Shown: positions 15,276 through 25,539 of the stretch, piece by piece
Numbering within the stretch: the stretch's first letter is position 1
Layout: every line of letters begins with the position of its first letter
Position numbers and translations under genes: made by a program
Assembly (NCBI GenBank): GCA_942493095.1
Contig: OW818675.1
Span: 720,001-752,000, forward strand
Origin: Candidatus Electronema halotolerans
GTDB taxonomy: Bacteria; Desulfobacterota; Desulfobulbia; Desulfobulbales; Desulfobulbaceae
Length of the DNA: 32,000 bases
Direction of reading: 5' to 3'
The notes under the pieces: generated by a model
What the model saw: only the letters and a program-made list of their open reading frames with translations
Told to the model about the DNA's origin: nothing
Databases searched by the model: none

Positions 15276-16545
15276 TGAAAAGATATTTGCCGCCCATCTG
15301 CGCGACACCCCTGCGCCGGGCAGCATGGTGTTAGACATTGACGTGGTCTTATGCCACGAGATCACCACGCCCATTGCCATCATGGACTTGGTGGAGAAGG
15401 GCATGGATCGGGTCTTTGATCCGAATAAGATCAAAGCGGTGATAGACCATGTCACTCCGGCCAAGGACTCCAAGACAGCCATGCAGGCCAAGATCATGCG
15501 CGACTGGGCGCGGCGGCACAAGATCAAGGATTTCTTTGACGTGGGCCGCAACGGGGTCTGCCATGCGCTCTTCCCGGAGAAAGGCTTTATCCGCCCTGGC
15601 AACACCGTGATCATGGGCGATTCGCACACCTGCACGCACGGGGCCTTTGGAGCCTTTGCCGCTGGCGTGGGCACTACGGACTTGGAAGTAGGCATTCTCA
15701 AAGGAGTCTGCGCCTTCCGCAAGCCGGAGACCATGAAGGTCGAAATCACCGGCAGCCTGCCCAAGGGCGTATATGCCAAGGATGTGATCCTGCATATCAT
15801 CAAGCAAGTCACGGTCAACGGAGCCACGGACATGGTCATGGAATTCTGCGGCCCGACAGTCAAGGCGATGGACATGTCCTCGCGCATGACCCTCTGCAAC
15901 ATGGCTGTGGAGGCCGGGGCCACTTCCGGCATCTGTATGCCTGACCACACTACTGCCGAGTATCTCTGGCCCTTTATCAAGGACGAATATGCTTCCGTGG
16001 AGGCTGCTGCTGAGGCCTTTGGTCGCTGGCAGTCTGATCCGGGGGCAAGCTATGCCAAGACCGTGACGCTTGACGTGTCCAACCTCAAGCCGCAAGTCAC
16101 GCATGGCTACAAGCCGGATCAGGTTAAGGATATTACTGAACTGGCAGGCACCAAGATTGATCAGGTCTATATCGGCTCCTGCACCAATGGCCGCATTGAA
16201 GACATCCGGGCCGCCGCTTCTGTGCTGCGTGGCCGGACTATTGCCGACACAGTGCGCGGTATCCTCACGCCCGCGACTCCGGCTATTTACTCGCAGGCTT
16301 TGGACGAAGGACTGATCAAGGTCTTTATGGACGCGGGCTTCTGCGTCCTCAATCCCACTTGCGGAGCCTGTCTCGGCATGAGCAGCGGGGTGCTGGCAGA
16401 GGGCGAGTCCTGCGCCTCGACCACCAACCGCAACTTCAACGGGCGCATGGGCAAGGGCGGCATGGTCCATCTGATGAGTCCGCTGTCCGCCGCCGCCGCC
16501 GCCGTGACCGGCGAGATCACTGACCCGGCCCAATTTCTCAACTGA
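15259..16545 (+). CDS. leuC: 3-isopropylmalate dehydratase large subunit (aconitase-family; ~420-aa LeuC/HacA type)
   Basis: MGLTIAEKIF.AHL, DHVTPAKD, GDSHTCTHGAFGAFA, the Fe-S cysteines in YIGSCTNGR and PTCGACLG, and STTNRNFNGRMG. Confidence 0.9.
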   Translation: MGLTIAEKIFAAHLRDTPAPGSMVLDIDVVLCHEITTPIAIMDLVEKGMDRVFDPNKIKAVIDHVTPAKDSKTAMQAKIMRDWARRHKIKDFFDVGRNGVCHALFPEKGFIRPGNTVIMGDSHTCTHGAFGAFAAGVGTTDLEVGILKGVCAFRKPETMKVEITGSLPKGVYAKDVILHIIKQVTVNGATDMVMEFCGPTVKAMDMSSRMTLCNMAVEAGATSGICMPDHTTAEYLWPFIKDEYASVEAAAEAFGRWQSDPGASYAKTVTLDVSNLKPQVTHGYKPDQVKDITELAGTKIDQVYIGSCTNGRIEDIRAAASVLRGRTIADTVRGILTPATPAIYSQALDEGLIKVFMDAGFCVLNPTCGACLGMSSGVLAEGESCASTTNRNFNGRMGKGGMVHLMSPLSAAAAAVTGEITDPAQFLN

Positions 16546-16567
16546 CCTTCCGCAGGAGAACAAAGCT

Positions 16568-17107
16568 ATGAAGCAGTTCGGCGGTTACGCCTACTTTATC
16601 GACAGAAGCGACATCAACACCGACGAGATCATCCCGGCCAAGTATCTGACCGAGATCACCAAACGCGCCCTCCAGCCGCATCTGCTGGAAGACCTCTTCC
16701 TTGACGGCAAGGAGTTTGACACCAAAGACCCGGCCTTCCAAGCAGCCGAGGTGCTGGTGACGCGCTCCAATTTTGGCTGCGGCTCATCCCGCGAGCACGC
16801 TGTCTGGGCCTTGGAAGTCAACGGCATCAACGTGGTCATTGGCGAGAGCTTTGCCCGCATCTTCCGGCAGAACATGTTCAACTGCGGCATCCTCGCGGTT
16901 GAGCTGGCCAAGACCGACATTGACCGGCTCTTCTCGCTGATTGGCAACAGCGGCGGCGTGAGAATCACGGTTGATCTGCAAGAGAATATCGTGACAGCGG
17001 AGAGCGGCCCCTGCGGCAGGCTCGAATGCGCTTTTGCCATGAACGCTTTTGACAAGGAACTGGTGGCCGCAGGTGGCTGGCTGGCCTACGCGGAGCAGAA
17101 GTACTGA
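16568..17107 (+). CDS. leuD: 3-isopropylmalate dehydratase small subunit
   Basis: NTDEIIPAKYL, LVTRSNFGCGSSREHAVWAL, and FARIFRQNMFNCGIL. SD GCAGGAGAA upstream. It starts 22 bp after leuC. Confidence 0.9.
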   Translation: MKQFGGYAYFIDRSDINTDEIIPAKYLTEITKRALQPHLLEDLFLDGKEFDTKDPAFQAAEVLVTRSNFGCGSSREHAVWALEVNGINVVIGESFARIFRQNMFNCGILAVELAKTDIDRLFSLIGNSGGVRITVDLQENIVTAESGPCGRLECAFAMNAFDKELVAAGGWLAYAEQKY

Positions 17108-17270
17108 GCCACGCCGGGCCGAAATTTTTTCGCCCTTGCAATATGCATTGCAGAATCTGCAACGAGACATGCAGGTTATTCAATTCCCATCTGGCCGCCT
17201 TTCTGCTGGATCTGTTTTGCGCCCCGCGATTCCGGCTGGCAAAGGAATACGCGAAAAGCTGTTTTTTCCC

Positions 17271-17299
17271 TTGCCAAAGTTCTCCTGAACGGGTATATA
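17271..17299 (+). promoter_or_regulatory. Putative promoter of tRNA-His
   Basis: TTGCCA (17271-17276), 17-bp spacer, TATATA (17294-17299), with a T-rich UP-like tract just upstream. It lies ~22 bp upstream of the tRNA. Confidence 0.5.
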
Positions 17300-17320
17300 A
17301 GCGGGCAGCAGTTGTTTCAT

Positions 17321-17398
17321 GGTGGGCGTAGCTCAGCTGGTGGCAGCACCGGGTTGTGGCCTCGGAGGTCGTGGGTTCAAGTCCCATCGCTCACCCCA
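17321..17398 (+). tRNA. tRNA-His (anticodon GTG) with genome-encoded G-1 and CCA
   Basis: Hand-folded cloverleaf: G-1, acceptor GTGGGCG/CGCTCAC, D arm GCTC..CAGC, anticodon stem CCGGG/CTCGG with loop TTGTGGC, T arm GTGGG-TTCAAGT-CCCAT, discriminator C, CCA. Close to E. coli tRNA-His. Confidence 0.9.
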
Positions 17399-17412
17399 TT
17401 CTGCATTTCCAA

Positions 17413-17443
17413 GGCATTCCGGCATTCGGAATGCCTTTTTTTT
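17413..17443 (+). terminator. Rho-independent terminator after tRNA-His
   Basis: GGCATTCCG, 5-nt loop, CGGAATGCC, followed by T8 (17436-17443). Confidence 0.8.
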
Positions 17444-17575
17444 CGTCATGCAGACGCATTGCGGCTTGCGCTTCTTGAATTTCCGCCAGTTTTCCGTTAA
17501 TCTCCCCTTGCATTTCCTCCGCAGGGATGTCGTTCCCTGCACCTGCAAATCTTCAACGTTGAGCGGTGATATATT

Positions 17576-18544
17576 ATGAAAGCTGCGGTGGTATATGGCA
17601 TCAATGATATCCGCGTGGAAGAACGTCCTGAGCCGAGCGCCGGGCCGGGTGAGATCGTGGTCCGCACCAAGGCTGCCGGCATCTGCGCCCAAGATTTCCA
17701 AATTGTGCTGGAGCAGAAGCTGCCCGCAGTGCCGGGCCAGGACTTGGCCGGAGAGATCAGCGCGGTCGGGGCCGGAGTGCGCGGCTTTGCCCCAGGCGAG
17801 CCAGTGGCGGTTCATCCTGCCGGACTGCTGGGACAGACAGTTGATGGTGTTTATGCGGAATATGTCCGCATTCCTGAAGCAATTGTCAGCAGCGGCGGCG
17901 TGGTCAGGCTGAATGAGGAGATGTCTTTTGAGGATGCGGTGCTGGCCGAGCCGCTGGCCTGGACCTTTGCTGCGGCCCGCGCTGACAGGATGCGGGGAAG
18001 CCAGCAGGTCCTGATCATTGGCTGCGGCTCTGTCGGCCTGCTGCACCTGAAAACCGCCAAATGGGCAGGCTGCAAGGTCATGGCAATGGACAGCAATCCG
18101 ACCCGGCTGGCCTTGGCTGGTCAGATGGGCGCGGATCATCTGATCAGCCCGGCCAAACTCAGCGAGGAAGTGCTCCGCTGCACCAACGGCAAAGGGGCTG
18201 AGACGGTGATCATTTCCGTGCCCCTGCCGGAACTGATTGATGACTGCATCAAATTGACAGCCAAGGGCGGGGTCTGCAATACATGCAGTCGTGAGGAGCC
18301 GACAGAGCAGGCCAAGCAGGCGGCGGCAGCTCAGGGCGCAACTCTGACCGGCCTCTGCCCCTCGTCAGTGGGTGACTTCAAAAAATGCCTCCAGCTCATT
18401 CAGGAAGAGGCGATCATTGTTTCTGACATGATTTCCCACCGCTTCACCTTGGACACCCTGCCTGAAGCGGCGGAAAAAATAAACAATCAGGAGCTGCTCC
18501 GGGGCGTGATCACCTTCAGTGAAATCGTTGCCTTGGCGTTTTAA
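17576..18544 (+). CDS. Medium-chain dehydrogenase/reductase (alcohol/threonine-dehydrogenase-like fold), atypical metal site
   Basis: MKAAVVYG...IRVEERPEP..GPGEIVVRTKAAGIC and the Rossmann motif VLIIGCGSVGL. The usual GHE is replaced by GQD, and the four-Cys structural-zinc loop is absent. Its stop overlaps the convergent cbiC stop (TTAA at 18541-18544). Confidence 0.75.
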   Translation: MKAAVVYGINDIRVEERPEPSAGPGEIVVRTKAAGICAQDFQIVLEQKLPAVPGQDLAGEISAVGAGVRGFAPGEPVAVHPAGLLGQTVDGVYAEYVRIPEAIVSSGGVVRLNEEMSFEDAVLAEPLAWTFAAARADRMRGSQQVLIIGCGSVGLLHLKTAKWAGCKVMAMDSNPTRLALAGQMGADHLISPAKLSEEVLRCTNGKGAETVIISVPLPELIDDCIKLTAKGGVCNTCSREEPTEQAKQAAAAQGATLTGLCPSSVGDFKKCLQLIQEEAIIVSDMISHRFTLDTLPEAAEKINNQELLRGVITFSEIVALAF

Positions 18545-19170
18545 GCGGCCAGCCGGAGCAGCGCGTTGACTGCGGCCACAGCCACGGGCGTGCCGCCTTT
18601 TCGGCCCAAGGCAGTGATGAAGGGATAGGGCTTGCTGGCGAGGATGGCTTTTGACTCTGCCGCATTGACAAAGCCGACCGGCACCCCGATCACCAAGTCT
18701 GGGGCGAACAGGCCGCTGTCCATCAGCTCCATGATTTTGAGCAGAGCGGTGGGCGCATTGCCAACTGCGGCAATGCCGATGTTTTCCGTCGCAGCCAGCT
18801 CCACTGCCGCCTCGGAGCGGGTCATCTTTCCGGCTGCGGCCCGTGCCGCTGTTTCCGCATCCGCAACCCGGCAGAGGATCGTGCCGCCAAACTTGGCTAA
18901 TAGTTTGTTGGAAATGCCGCTGGCTGCCATGTTGACATCCACGAGAATATTTTTGCCAGCCCGGATGGCCCGCAGCCCGGCCTCAATTGCCTGGGGATGA
19001 AAGCGCAGATTCTCGGCAAAGGAGAAATCACCGGTGGCATGAATGCAGCGGCGCACCACGGCAAACTGCTCCGGGCTGAAGTTCGTCAGGCCAAGTTCAG
19101 CCTCAATGATGCGGAAACTCTCTGCCTCGATTTCCTGCGGCCCGATTTTTTGTAGTTCCGGCAAAGTCAT
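18541..19170 (-). CDS. cbiC: Cobalt-precorrin-8 methylmutase
   Basis: Typical CbiC/CobH motifs: [26 protein letters not shown] and AVGNAPTAL. Its ATG overlaps the kinase stop (ATGA at 19167-19170). Confidence 0.9.
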   Translation of the reverse strand: MTLPELQKIGPQEIEAESFRIIEAELGLTNFSPEQFAVVRRCIHATGDFSFAENLRFHPQAIEAGLRAIRAGKNILVDVNMAASGISNKLLAKFGGTILCRVADAETAARAAAGKMTRSEAAVELAATENIGIAAVGNAPTALLKIMELMDSGLFAPDLVIGVPVGFVNAAESKAILASKPYPFITALGRKGGTPVAVAAVNALLRLAA

Positions 19171-22100
19171 GATGCTATTGTTCCGTATCGTTGCTCAAGA
19201 TGGGCCAGCAGGGCCGCTGCCTCCTGCTCCAGCAAACTGAGCAGGGAGCGGGCCGCTTCGGTTCTGTTCTCTTTAGCCGCGCATTCAATCTGATAGACCA
19301 CTTCCCGCAGCCGCTCCACTGAGGCATTGGCGCACATGCCTTTCACCTTATGCGCGCCTCGGCGGATTTCCTCCTGATCCCCGCCATTCAGGGCATCCTT
19401 GAGTTCCTTGAGGTCTTGCGCCAGAAAGGCGGGAAATTCGGTCATGAATTCATCCACGCCCTCTTCATCGCCAGCAAGACGCTCCACCAAATCAGCCCGG
19501 TCAAAAATAGGCAGACCGTCCAAGGAGACTGTCGCAGCACTGTCCGGCGGGGTTGCTTCTGTATCGCACATCTTGACTTCCATGTCTTCTTTTGTTGTTT
19601 TACCGACAAGCTGCTGCTGGAGCACGGCAAAGAGATGCTCCCGGTTGATCGGCTTGGACAGATAGGCGTTCATGCCGACGCTGAGGCATTTGTCGCGGTC
19701 TTCTTTGGTCGCCTCCGCAGTCATGGCTACGATCAGCACCTCGGAACCAAGCGTGCTGCGGATCTGGCGAGTCGCTTCAAAACCATCCATTTCCGGCATC
19801 TGAACATCCATGAAGACAAGATCATACTCTTTTTGCCGCAGCATCTCAAGAGCTTGGATGCCGTTTTCCGCAATATCCGCTTTCAGACCGAATTTTTTCA
19901 GAATAGACAGGGCCACATACTGATTGACCTTGTTGTCCTCCACCAGCAGGAGCCTCGGCGCAAAGGGCAGGGTCTGGGCTGCGGCAGCGGCCTGATGATG
20001 GTGCTTGGGCATGTCCTCAGCCGCCGCCTTGTCCAGCAGGGCTGTGCACCAGAAGGTGCTGCCTTTGCCCTCCTCGCTGACTGCGCCGACCTTGCCGCCC
20101 ATGCGTTCGGCCAGCCGTCGGCAGATGGCCAGTCCCAGTCCTGTGCCGCCGTATTTGCGCGAGGTCGAGGCATCTGCCTGAGAAAAAGCCTGAAAAAGTC
20201 GGCTCATCTGCTCCTCAGCAATGCCGATGCCGGTGTCTTGGACGCTGATTGTGAGCAGGAGCTGGGTTGCTGTTTCCTCCTCAGCAGTCAAGCGGACCGT
20301 GATGCCGCCCTTCTTGGTGAACTTGACAGCATTGTTGATAAAATTGAGCACGATCTGATGCAGGCGGGTCGGATCGCCCTTGAGATGGAGATGCAGGTCC
20401 GAGTCAATCCGGCTTTCCAGAAAAAGGCCCTTGTCCTGAGCATGAAGCCGCATCGGTTTCACCACCGAGTCAACCAAGTCCGCCAGATGGAACGCTTTCT
20501 GCTCCAGTTCCAGCTTGCCTGCCTCTATCTTGGAAAAATCAAGAATGTCGTTGATCAGGGAGAGCAGCAGCTCGGAAGAACTCATGGCGATTTCCGCATA
20601 GCCGCGCTGTTCTTCATTCAGCGGCGTGTCCAGAAGCAGGTGATTCATGTTGATGACTGCATTCATGGGGGTGCGGATTTCATGGCTCATGGTGGCGAGA
20701 AATTCTGATTTGGCCCGTGCCGCCGCTTCCGCCGCCTCTTTGGAACGGATCAACTCGACTTCTTTCTCCAGCAGAGCTTGTTCGATTCTTTTGCGCCGCT
20801 GCACTTCCCTGATCATTTTCCACAGCCAGCAGCTAAACAGCCAGAAAATAATGCCTGCCGCCCCCAGCACGGTCCAGAGCAGCCGATAGTCCATTACATG
20901 GGCGTAATGCACTGAAATCCAGCGATTGTAGATGGCCTCCCGTTCCGCCTGCGCAATTGCGGCCAGCCCCTTTTGCAGAATGCCGTGCAAAATTTGCTGA
21001 TCTTTGGGCACAGCCATGCGCAGACGATACGCATAAGGTGTTTCTCCGGCCACCCGAATCTGCGTCAGGCCGGTCTGACCAATGCAGTAGCTGGCAGGCA
21101 CCAAGCCGCCGACAAAGGCGAAAGCCTCACCTTTGGCCACTATTTTCAAAGCCTCTTCAACAGTTGCGGCAGGAAGCAAGGTGATCTGAGGATGATCGCG
21201 GCGCAGCCATTCATGCACCGCATACTCTTCAGCCACTGCAACTTTTTTGCCGTGCAGCGCCTTTAAATCGCCCAAGTAGGCCACATTGGCGGCGGAAAAA
21301 ATGGCCACCGGCAGCGACAAATAGGATTCTGTGAAAAGAAAATCCTGTCGCCGCTTAGGGGTTTCAGCTACAGCAGGCAGCAGCAGCACCTGTCCCTTCT
21401 TAGCCTTTTGCAAAGCCTGATGCCAAGATTGCGAGCGTATCGGGACAAAATGGACATGCAGCAGTTGCTCAAGATACCGCAGATAGTCAGCGGAAATGCC
21501 CTGCGCATGGCCTTGCGCGTCGGCAAATTCAATGGGCGGCCAAGCCGGATCAAAAGTAAAGGGAATGTGCCGATGCGCGGCTAACCACTGCTGTTCTGCC
21601 AAGGTGAACAGAAGCTGCGGCTTGTCTGAACTGCCCAGCCACGTTTTCCATAACTGTTCTTTTTCCGCTTCGCTCAGGGAAAGATAGGCTTTGTCGAGAA
21701 TGGACTGGAGCAAGGACAGATCATTGCGGACAACATAAGAATGACCGTGGAACTGTTCCATGCCGCTGAACTGGGCATAGCCTTTGACTTCCAAATTGTT
21801 CAGATAGTAATTGTGCAGCAGGTACTGGCCGCTGTGCAGCTCCTGAATTGCCGCATCCGCCTGCCCCCGGACAACAAGCTGGAGCATCTCAACCGCGCTG
21901 TCTGCCATGACAAAACGGGCATTCTTTATCTGCGCCGCCATGACGCTGTGCATGGCGTAGCCATGATATGAGGCGATGCGTTTACCCTCCAGTGAGGCCA
22001 GATCGCGGATGCGGCTGTCATCGACGCGGGCGAAAATCGCCATATTCAGCGGCATGGTCTCTGTGGAAAAGGTGAAAGTTCGCGCCCGATCCTCAGTGCT

Positions 22101-23174
22101 GATCATGGCCATCGCCGCATCAATAGCACCGTTTTCAGCCTGTTCCAGCACGTCTGCGAGCTGATCAAACCAAACAAACTCCGGGGTCAGTCCGGCCTGC
22201 GCGCCGAGCTTGCGGACCAGCTCCGGCATATAGCCGGTGATGCGGCCATTTTTTTCTTGAATGATGTAGGGCGGCAGAGAAAATGCGCCAACCCGGAAAA
22301 CCGGATGCTGGCGAATCCAGTCCTGCTCTTCTAGAGTTAGATTGAGGCGGCTTGTCTGCACTGCGGGCTGCCTGCCAAGCCAGCGGTTGAGTATCTGCTG
22401 TTTTTCTTTGGTGCTGATGGCTGCCAAACCTTTATTGAGAATCGAAAGCATATCTGGCCAATCCTTGCGGATGGAAAGCACAACCGGTCGCCGACTCTCC
22501 GGGAGCATGGCCGCCACACTGAAACCCGTCTGGACATTCTGCTTGCGCCAATATTCCAAGGTAATGTTGGCAACAACAACATCAATCTCTCTGTTCAGCA
22601 GGGCTGCTGCCAGCGTCTCGTTATCCTTCAAGGGCACAGGCTGCACTCCCTTGATTTTGTTCAGCAGCTCTTCCTCTACAGCAACATTTTGCGTGTAGCC
22701 GACCCGAAGTCCGGCCAGATCATGCAGTGTTTTGAAACGATTCAGATCGTCTGAACGGGCGTAAATGTTGTGGTAATGATAAAAAAGCGGAGAGGTGAAG
22801 TTGAAAAACTGTTTTCTTGATGCAAGAGGAAAACTTGGTCCCAAGCCGTCAATCTGCCGCTCTTTTGCCTGCCGGATAATCTCTGTCCACGAAGCGACAG
22901 CTATCTGAATCTTGATACCTAATTTTTGCTGAAGCAGCTGGATGTAATCAGGCAGAATTCCGGTCAACTCGCCATTATTCTGAGAGACCAGCACTGGCGG
23001 CAGGTCCAAGGTGTACCCAAGTGTGATTTGCGGATGCTGGTCCAGCCAGTTCTGTTCCTGCGCTGTAAGCGTAATTGAAGACTTGTCCGACGCAGGAGCA
23101 GCGGCGGAAAACACAGCAAGGCTCACCGTCATAATCAAAATCTGAGATAGAAAGACGGTGAACTTGCTGATCAT
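19167..23174 (-). CDS. BvgS-like hybrid sensor histidine kinase: three periplasmic SBP_bac_3/Venus-flytrap domains, TM, HisKA, HATPase_c, receiver, HPt
   Basis: Three repeats of the SBP-type entry motif ([57 protein letters not shown]). [24 protein letters not shown]-box [17 protein letters not shown]-boxes DTGIGI and GGTGLGLAI. Receiver LLVEDNKVN...[14 protein letters not shown]. HPt [12 protein letters not shown]. The start is set at the ATG at 23174 (MISKFTVF..., an N-terminal TM), which overlaps the cbiA stop as ATGA. The ORF-track start at 23240 is not preferred. Confidence 0.9.
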   Translation of the reverse strand: MISKFTVFLSQILIMTVSLAVFSAAAPASDKSSITLTAQEQNWLDQHPQITLGYTLDLPPVLVSQNNGELTGILPDYIQLLQQKLGIKIQIAVASWTEIIRQAKERQIDGLGPSFPLASRKQFFNFTSPLFYHYHNIYARSDDLNRFKTLHDLAGLRVGYTQNVAVEEELLNKIKGVQPVPLKDNETLAAALLNREIDVVVANITLEYWRKQNVQTGFSVAAMLPESRRPVVLSIRKDWPDMLSILNKGLAAISTKEKQQILNRWLGRQPAVQTSRLNLTLEEQDWIRQHPVFRVGAFSLPPYIIQEKNGRITGYMPELVRKLGAQAGLTPEFVWFDQLADVLEQAENGAIDAAMAMISTEDRARTFTFSTETMPLNMAIFARVDDSRIRDLASLEGKRIASYHGYAMHSVMAAQIKNARFVMADSAVEMLQLVVRGQADAAIQELHSGQYLLHNYYLNNLEVKGYAQFSGMEQFHGHSYVVRNDLSLLQSILDKAYLSLSEAEKEQLWKTWLGSSDKPQLLFTLAEQQWLAAHRHIPFTFDPAWPPIEFADAQGHAQGISADYLRYLEQLLHVHFVPIRSQSWHQALQKAKKGQVLLLPAVAETPKRRQDFLFTESYLSLPVAIFSAANVAYLGDLKALHGKKVAVAEEYAVHEWLRRDHPQITLLPAATVEEALKIVAKGEAFAFVGGLVPASYCIGQTGLTQIRVAGETPYAYRLRMAVPKDQQILHGILQKGLAAIAQAEREAIYNRWISVHYAHVMDYRLLWTVLGAAGIIFWLFSCWLWKMIREVQRRKRIEQALLEKEVELIRSKEAAEAAARAKSEFLATMSHEIRTPMNAVINMNHLLLDTPLNEEQRGYAEIAMSSSELLLSLINDILDFSKIEAGKLELEQKAFHLADLVDSVVKPMRLHAQDKGLFLESRIDSDLHLHLKGDPTRLHQIVLNFINNAVKFTKKGGITVRLTAEEETATQLLLTISVQDTGIGIAEEQMSRLFQAFSQADASTSRKYGGTGLGLAICRRLAERMGGKVGAVSEEGKGSTFWCTALLDKAAAEDMPKHHHQAAAAAQTLPFAPRLLLVEDNKVNQYVALSILKKFGLKADIAENGIQALEMLRQKEYDLVFMDVQMPEMDGFEATRQIRSTLGSEVLIVAMTAEATKEDRDKCLSVGMNAYLSKPINREHLFAVLQQQLVGKTTKEDMEVKMCDTEATPPDSAATVSLDGLPIFDRADLVERLAGDEEGVDEFMTEFPAFLAQDLKELKDALNGGDQEEIRRGAHKVKGMCANASVERLREVVYQIECAAKENRTEAARSLLSLLEQEAAALLAHLEQRYGTIAS

Positions 23175-24526
23175 AAACGTTTTCCAGCCTCCTCCATTGC
23201 GTGAACAAAATACCGAACCGCCTCCGGGTTGCGGCCCCAATGAAGATGCACGTACCCTGCCAAGGTCTTATCTATCAGATAGCACTCGCTGCGGCCATCG
23301 TCAAGCAAGGCAGCGCGCTGGACGCTTTCCGGCATCGGTTCAATTTCAGAATAATGAAATTCGTGGCCGTGCAGAACGCTGCCTGCCGGGCCGAGCAAGG
23401 TTTCTGTCTGCATTCTTATTTGTCGATAACCAAGCCGCCGCAGCCGCCTGTTCATCTGCGCCGTTACTGGATACACGCCGACCATTGGCTGCGATTGGCC
23501 GTCATTATCTGTAATTCCTGCGCAGAGATACATGAAGCCGCCGCATTCGCCATAGACTGGCCTGCCGGAGCGGGAAAAAGCCAGCACCTGCGTCCGCATC
23601 TCCCTGTTGGCGGCAAGCTGGGCCGCGTGCAGCTCTGGGTATCCGCCGCCGAAATAGAGGCCGTCCAAATGTTCAGGCAGAGTCTTGTCATGCAGCGGAC
23701 TGAACAAGATCAATTTAGCTCCTGCTTCTTTCAGCATATCCAAATTATCCTGATAATAGAAGCAGAATGCCTCATCCCAAGCCACGCCAAGACGCACCTT
23801 GCCGACCGGCTCCAGCGGCGCAATGGGCGATGCAGCGAAAATTGCAGCATTGTCAGCAAAATGCAGGAGACGCGCAAGGTCAAGATGCTGCTCAATCAGG
23901 TTGACAAGCTGCTGCCGGTTGAGTTCCACCTCGCTGCCAAGATGCAGGCCAAGATGACGCGAGGGCAGACTGATGCCGTTGTCTCGCGGCAGAGCACCAA
24001 TGATCTCAGCTTGGCAATGCTGCTGCACCGCCTCGCTGACCATCTGCAAATGCCGTTCGCTGCCGACTTGATTGAAGATCACGCCCGCTACTTTGATGCG
24101 GGAATCAAGGCTTTCAAAGCCCTTGAGCACTGCTGCCGCGCTCTCCGCCATTGAGCGCACGTCCAGCACCAGCAGCACCGGCAGGCCGAGCAGGGCGGCC
24201 AGCTCTGCCGCCGAGCCGCTTCCGCCGTCAAAAAGGCCCATCACTCCTTCCACCACTGCGACAGATTGGCTGTCCGCTTGGGCATGGCGGCTGAAGCACT
24301 GGCGCACGTAGTCCGGGCCGCACATACGGATGTCAAGGTTGCGCGAAACTCGGCCCGTGACGGCCAGATGCAGGGTGGGATCAATGAAATCCGGGCCGCA
24401 TTTGAAGGGCTGCACCGTGAAGCCGCGCTGGCGCAGGGCCGCCATGATGCCGAGCGTGACCGTGGTCTTGCCGCAGCCGGAGTGCGTTCCGGCGATGAGG
24501 AGGGAGGAAAACCGTTCAAGATTCAT
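23171..24526 (-). CDS. cbiA: Cobyrinate a,c-diamide synthase
   Basis: P-loop [23 protein letters not shown], and the C-terminal glutamine amidotransferase domain with [10 protein letters not shown] and HEFHYS. Confidence 0.9.
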   Translation of the reverse strand: MNLERFSSLLIAGTHSGCGKTTVTLGIMAALRQRGFTVQPFKCGPDFIDPTLHLAVTGRVSRNLDIRMCGPDYVRQCFSRHAQADSQSVAVVEGVMGLFDGGSGSAAELAALLGLPVLLVLDVRSMAESAAAVLKGFESLDSRIKVAGVIFNQVGSERHLQMVSEAVQQHCQAEIIGALPRDNGISLPSRHLGLHLGSEVELNRQQLVNLIEQHLDLARLLHFADNAAIFAASPIAPLEPVGKVRLGVAWDEAFCFYYQDNLDMLKEAGAKLILFSPLHDKTLPEHLDGLYFGGGYPELHAAQLAANREMRTQVLAFSRSGRPVYGECGGFMYLCAGITDNDGQSQPMVGVYPVTAQMNRRLRRLGYRQIRMQTETLLGPAGSVLHGHEFHYSEIEPMPESVQRAALLDDGRSECYLIDKTLAGYVHLHWGRNPEAVRYFVHAMEEAGKRL

Positions 24527-25539
24527 TTGGTTATAATGTATTTATATTCAGCGCAATTAGATATATCAATATCTTTTCCTGCTTTAGATAACTCCTGTGT
24601 TTCGATTGCAGCTTTATTGCTAATCCAACCAGTTGTGCTTATTTCTTCTAATAGTTTTTCCATATATTCATAATCAAACCGTTCTTTAACTAAGCGTATC
24701 AACTCTGATCCAACTTCTGTAAAAGGTATTATCGGTATATTTAACGGTCTATATTTTTCATGTCTTTTGCATATAATAATTTTTCCTCCGTAGATCAAAT
24801 ACATCATCTTTGACGTTTTTCCAATATTTAATAAGATATTATCTGATACTGACAGCAGTCCAGTGTTGCGCAAAACAAGCAAATCAACTGTATTGGTTTT
24901 AGATAGTATTTCATGATCATTAAGTATGAAAGCCATGTTGTCCAAAGTAAGCACAGCATACATGGCAACTTTTTGAAATACTTCAGCCTCTTTCTGTGAG
25001 ATATTCCTCAGTGCTTCCATCGTGCGAAGCGAAAAACTCTTAGGTCGTTTCACCTCCCCAGCCAATATCCGCCCCCAAAGCTGCTGCATCTGTTCATTGC
25101 TGACATCCTCAACGATATTGAAAAAACGGGCAATCCAGTCTTCATCCACTGGTTCAGCAGAAACAGTTTCTTCTTGAAAAATCTCATTCATCGCATAATG
25201 CACAGCCTTTTCAATATTGTGCTGCCGCCGCAACTCTCTGTGTGTCAGTCTGCTGACAGCTCTTTCATGCAGCGCAATCAGTTCTTGAGCCGCTTCCGGC
25301 GGAATGCCTTGCCGCTGCTCGCACAGCAGCTTCACCTTTTCACCGTCATATTCCAGCACGTTAAACGCATTGCTGTGATTTTCCAACGCCGGTGCCACAC
25401 GCTCAATTTCATACGCCTTGGCATCCGCAATTCTCTTGATCTGCCACGGTTTGAACAATTGACCAACGCCTTTTTCAACCACCTCAATCAGCTTTGTCAT
25501 CGGCTCGCTCAGTCCGGCTAAGTCTTTAATCTCTGTCAT
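24523..25539 (-). CDS. DUF2806-like protein (AT-rich, probably horizontally acquired)
   Basis: MTEIKDLAGLSEPMTKLIEVVEKGVGQLFKPWQIKRIADAKAYEIE and DWIARFFNIVEDVSNEQMQQLWGRILAGEVKRPKSFSLRTMEALRNISQKEAEVF match my recollection of DUF2806. The start is set at the ATG at 25539, where composition switches. The 113-codon GC-rich extension of the ORF track looks non-coding. The stop overlaps the cbiA ATG (ATGA at 24523-24526). Confidence 0.65.
   Translation of the reverse strand: MTEIKDLAGLSEPMTKLIEVVEKGVGQLFKPWQIKRIADAKAYEIERVAPALENHSNAFNVLEYDGEKVKLLCEQRQGIPPEAAQELIALHERAVSRLTHRELRRQHNIEKAVHYAMNEIFQEETVSAEPVDEDWIARFFNIVEDVSNEQMQQLWGRILAGEVKRPKSFSLRTMEALRNISQKEAEVFQKVAMYAVLTLDNMAFILNDHEILSKTNTVDLLVLRNTGLLSVSDNILLNIGKTSKMMYLIYGGKIIICKRHEKYRPLNIPIIPFTEVGSELIRLVKERFDYEYMEKLLEEISTTGWISNKAAIETQELSKAGKDIDISNCAEYKYIITK

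Noticed and set aside
17107-17270. A possible terminator hairpin right after leuD (GGGCCGAAATTTTTTCGCCC).
   Set aside because: The arms pair only with a bulge and the stem is short. It is not convincing enough to annotate.
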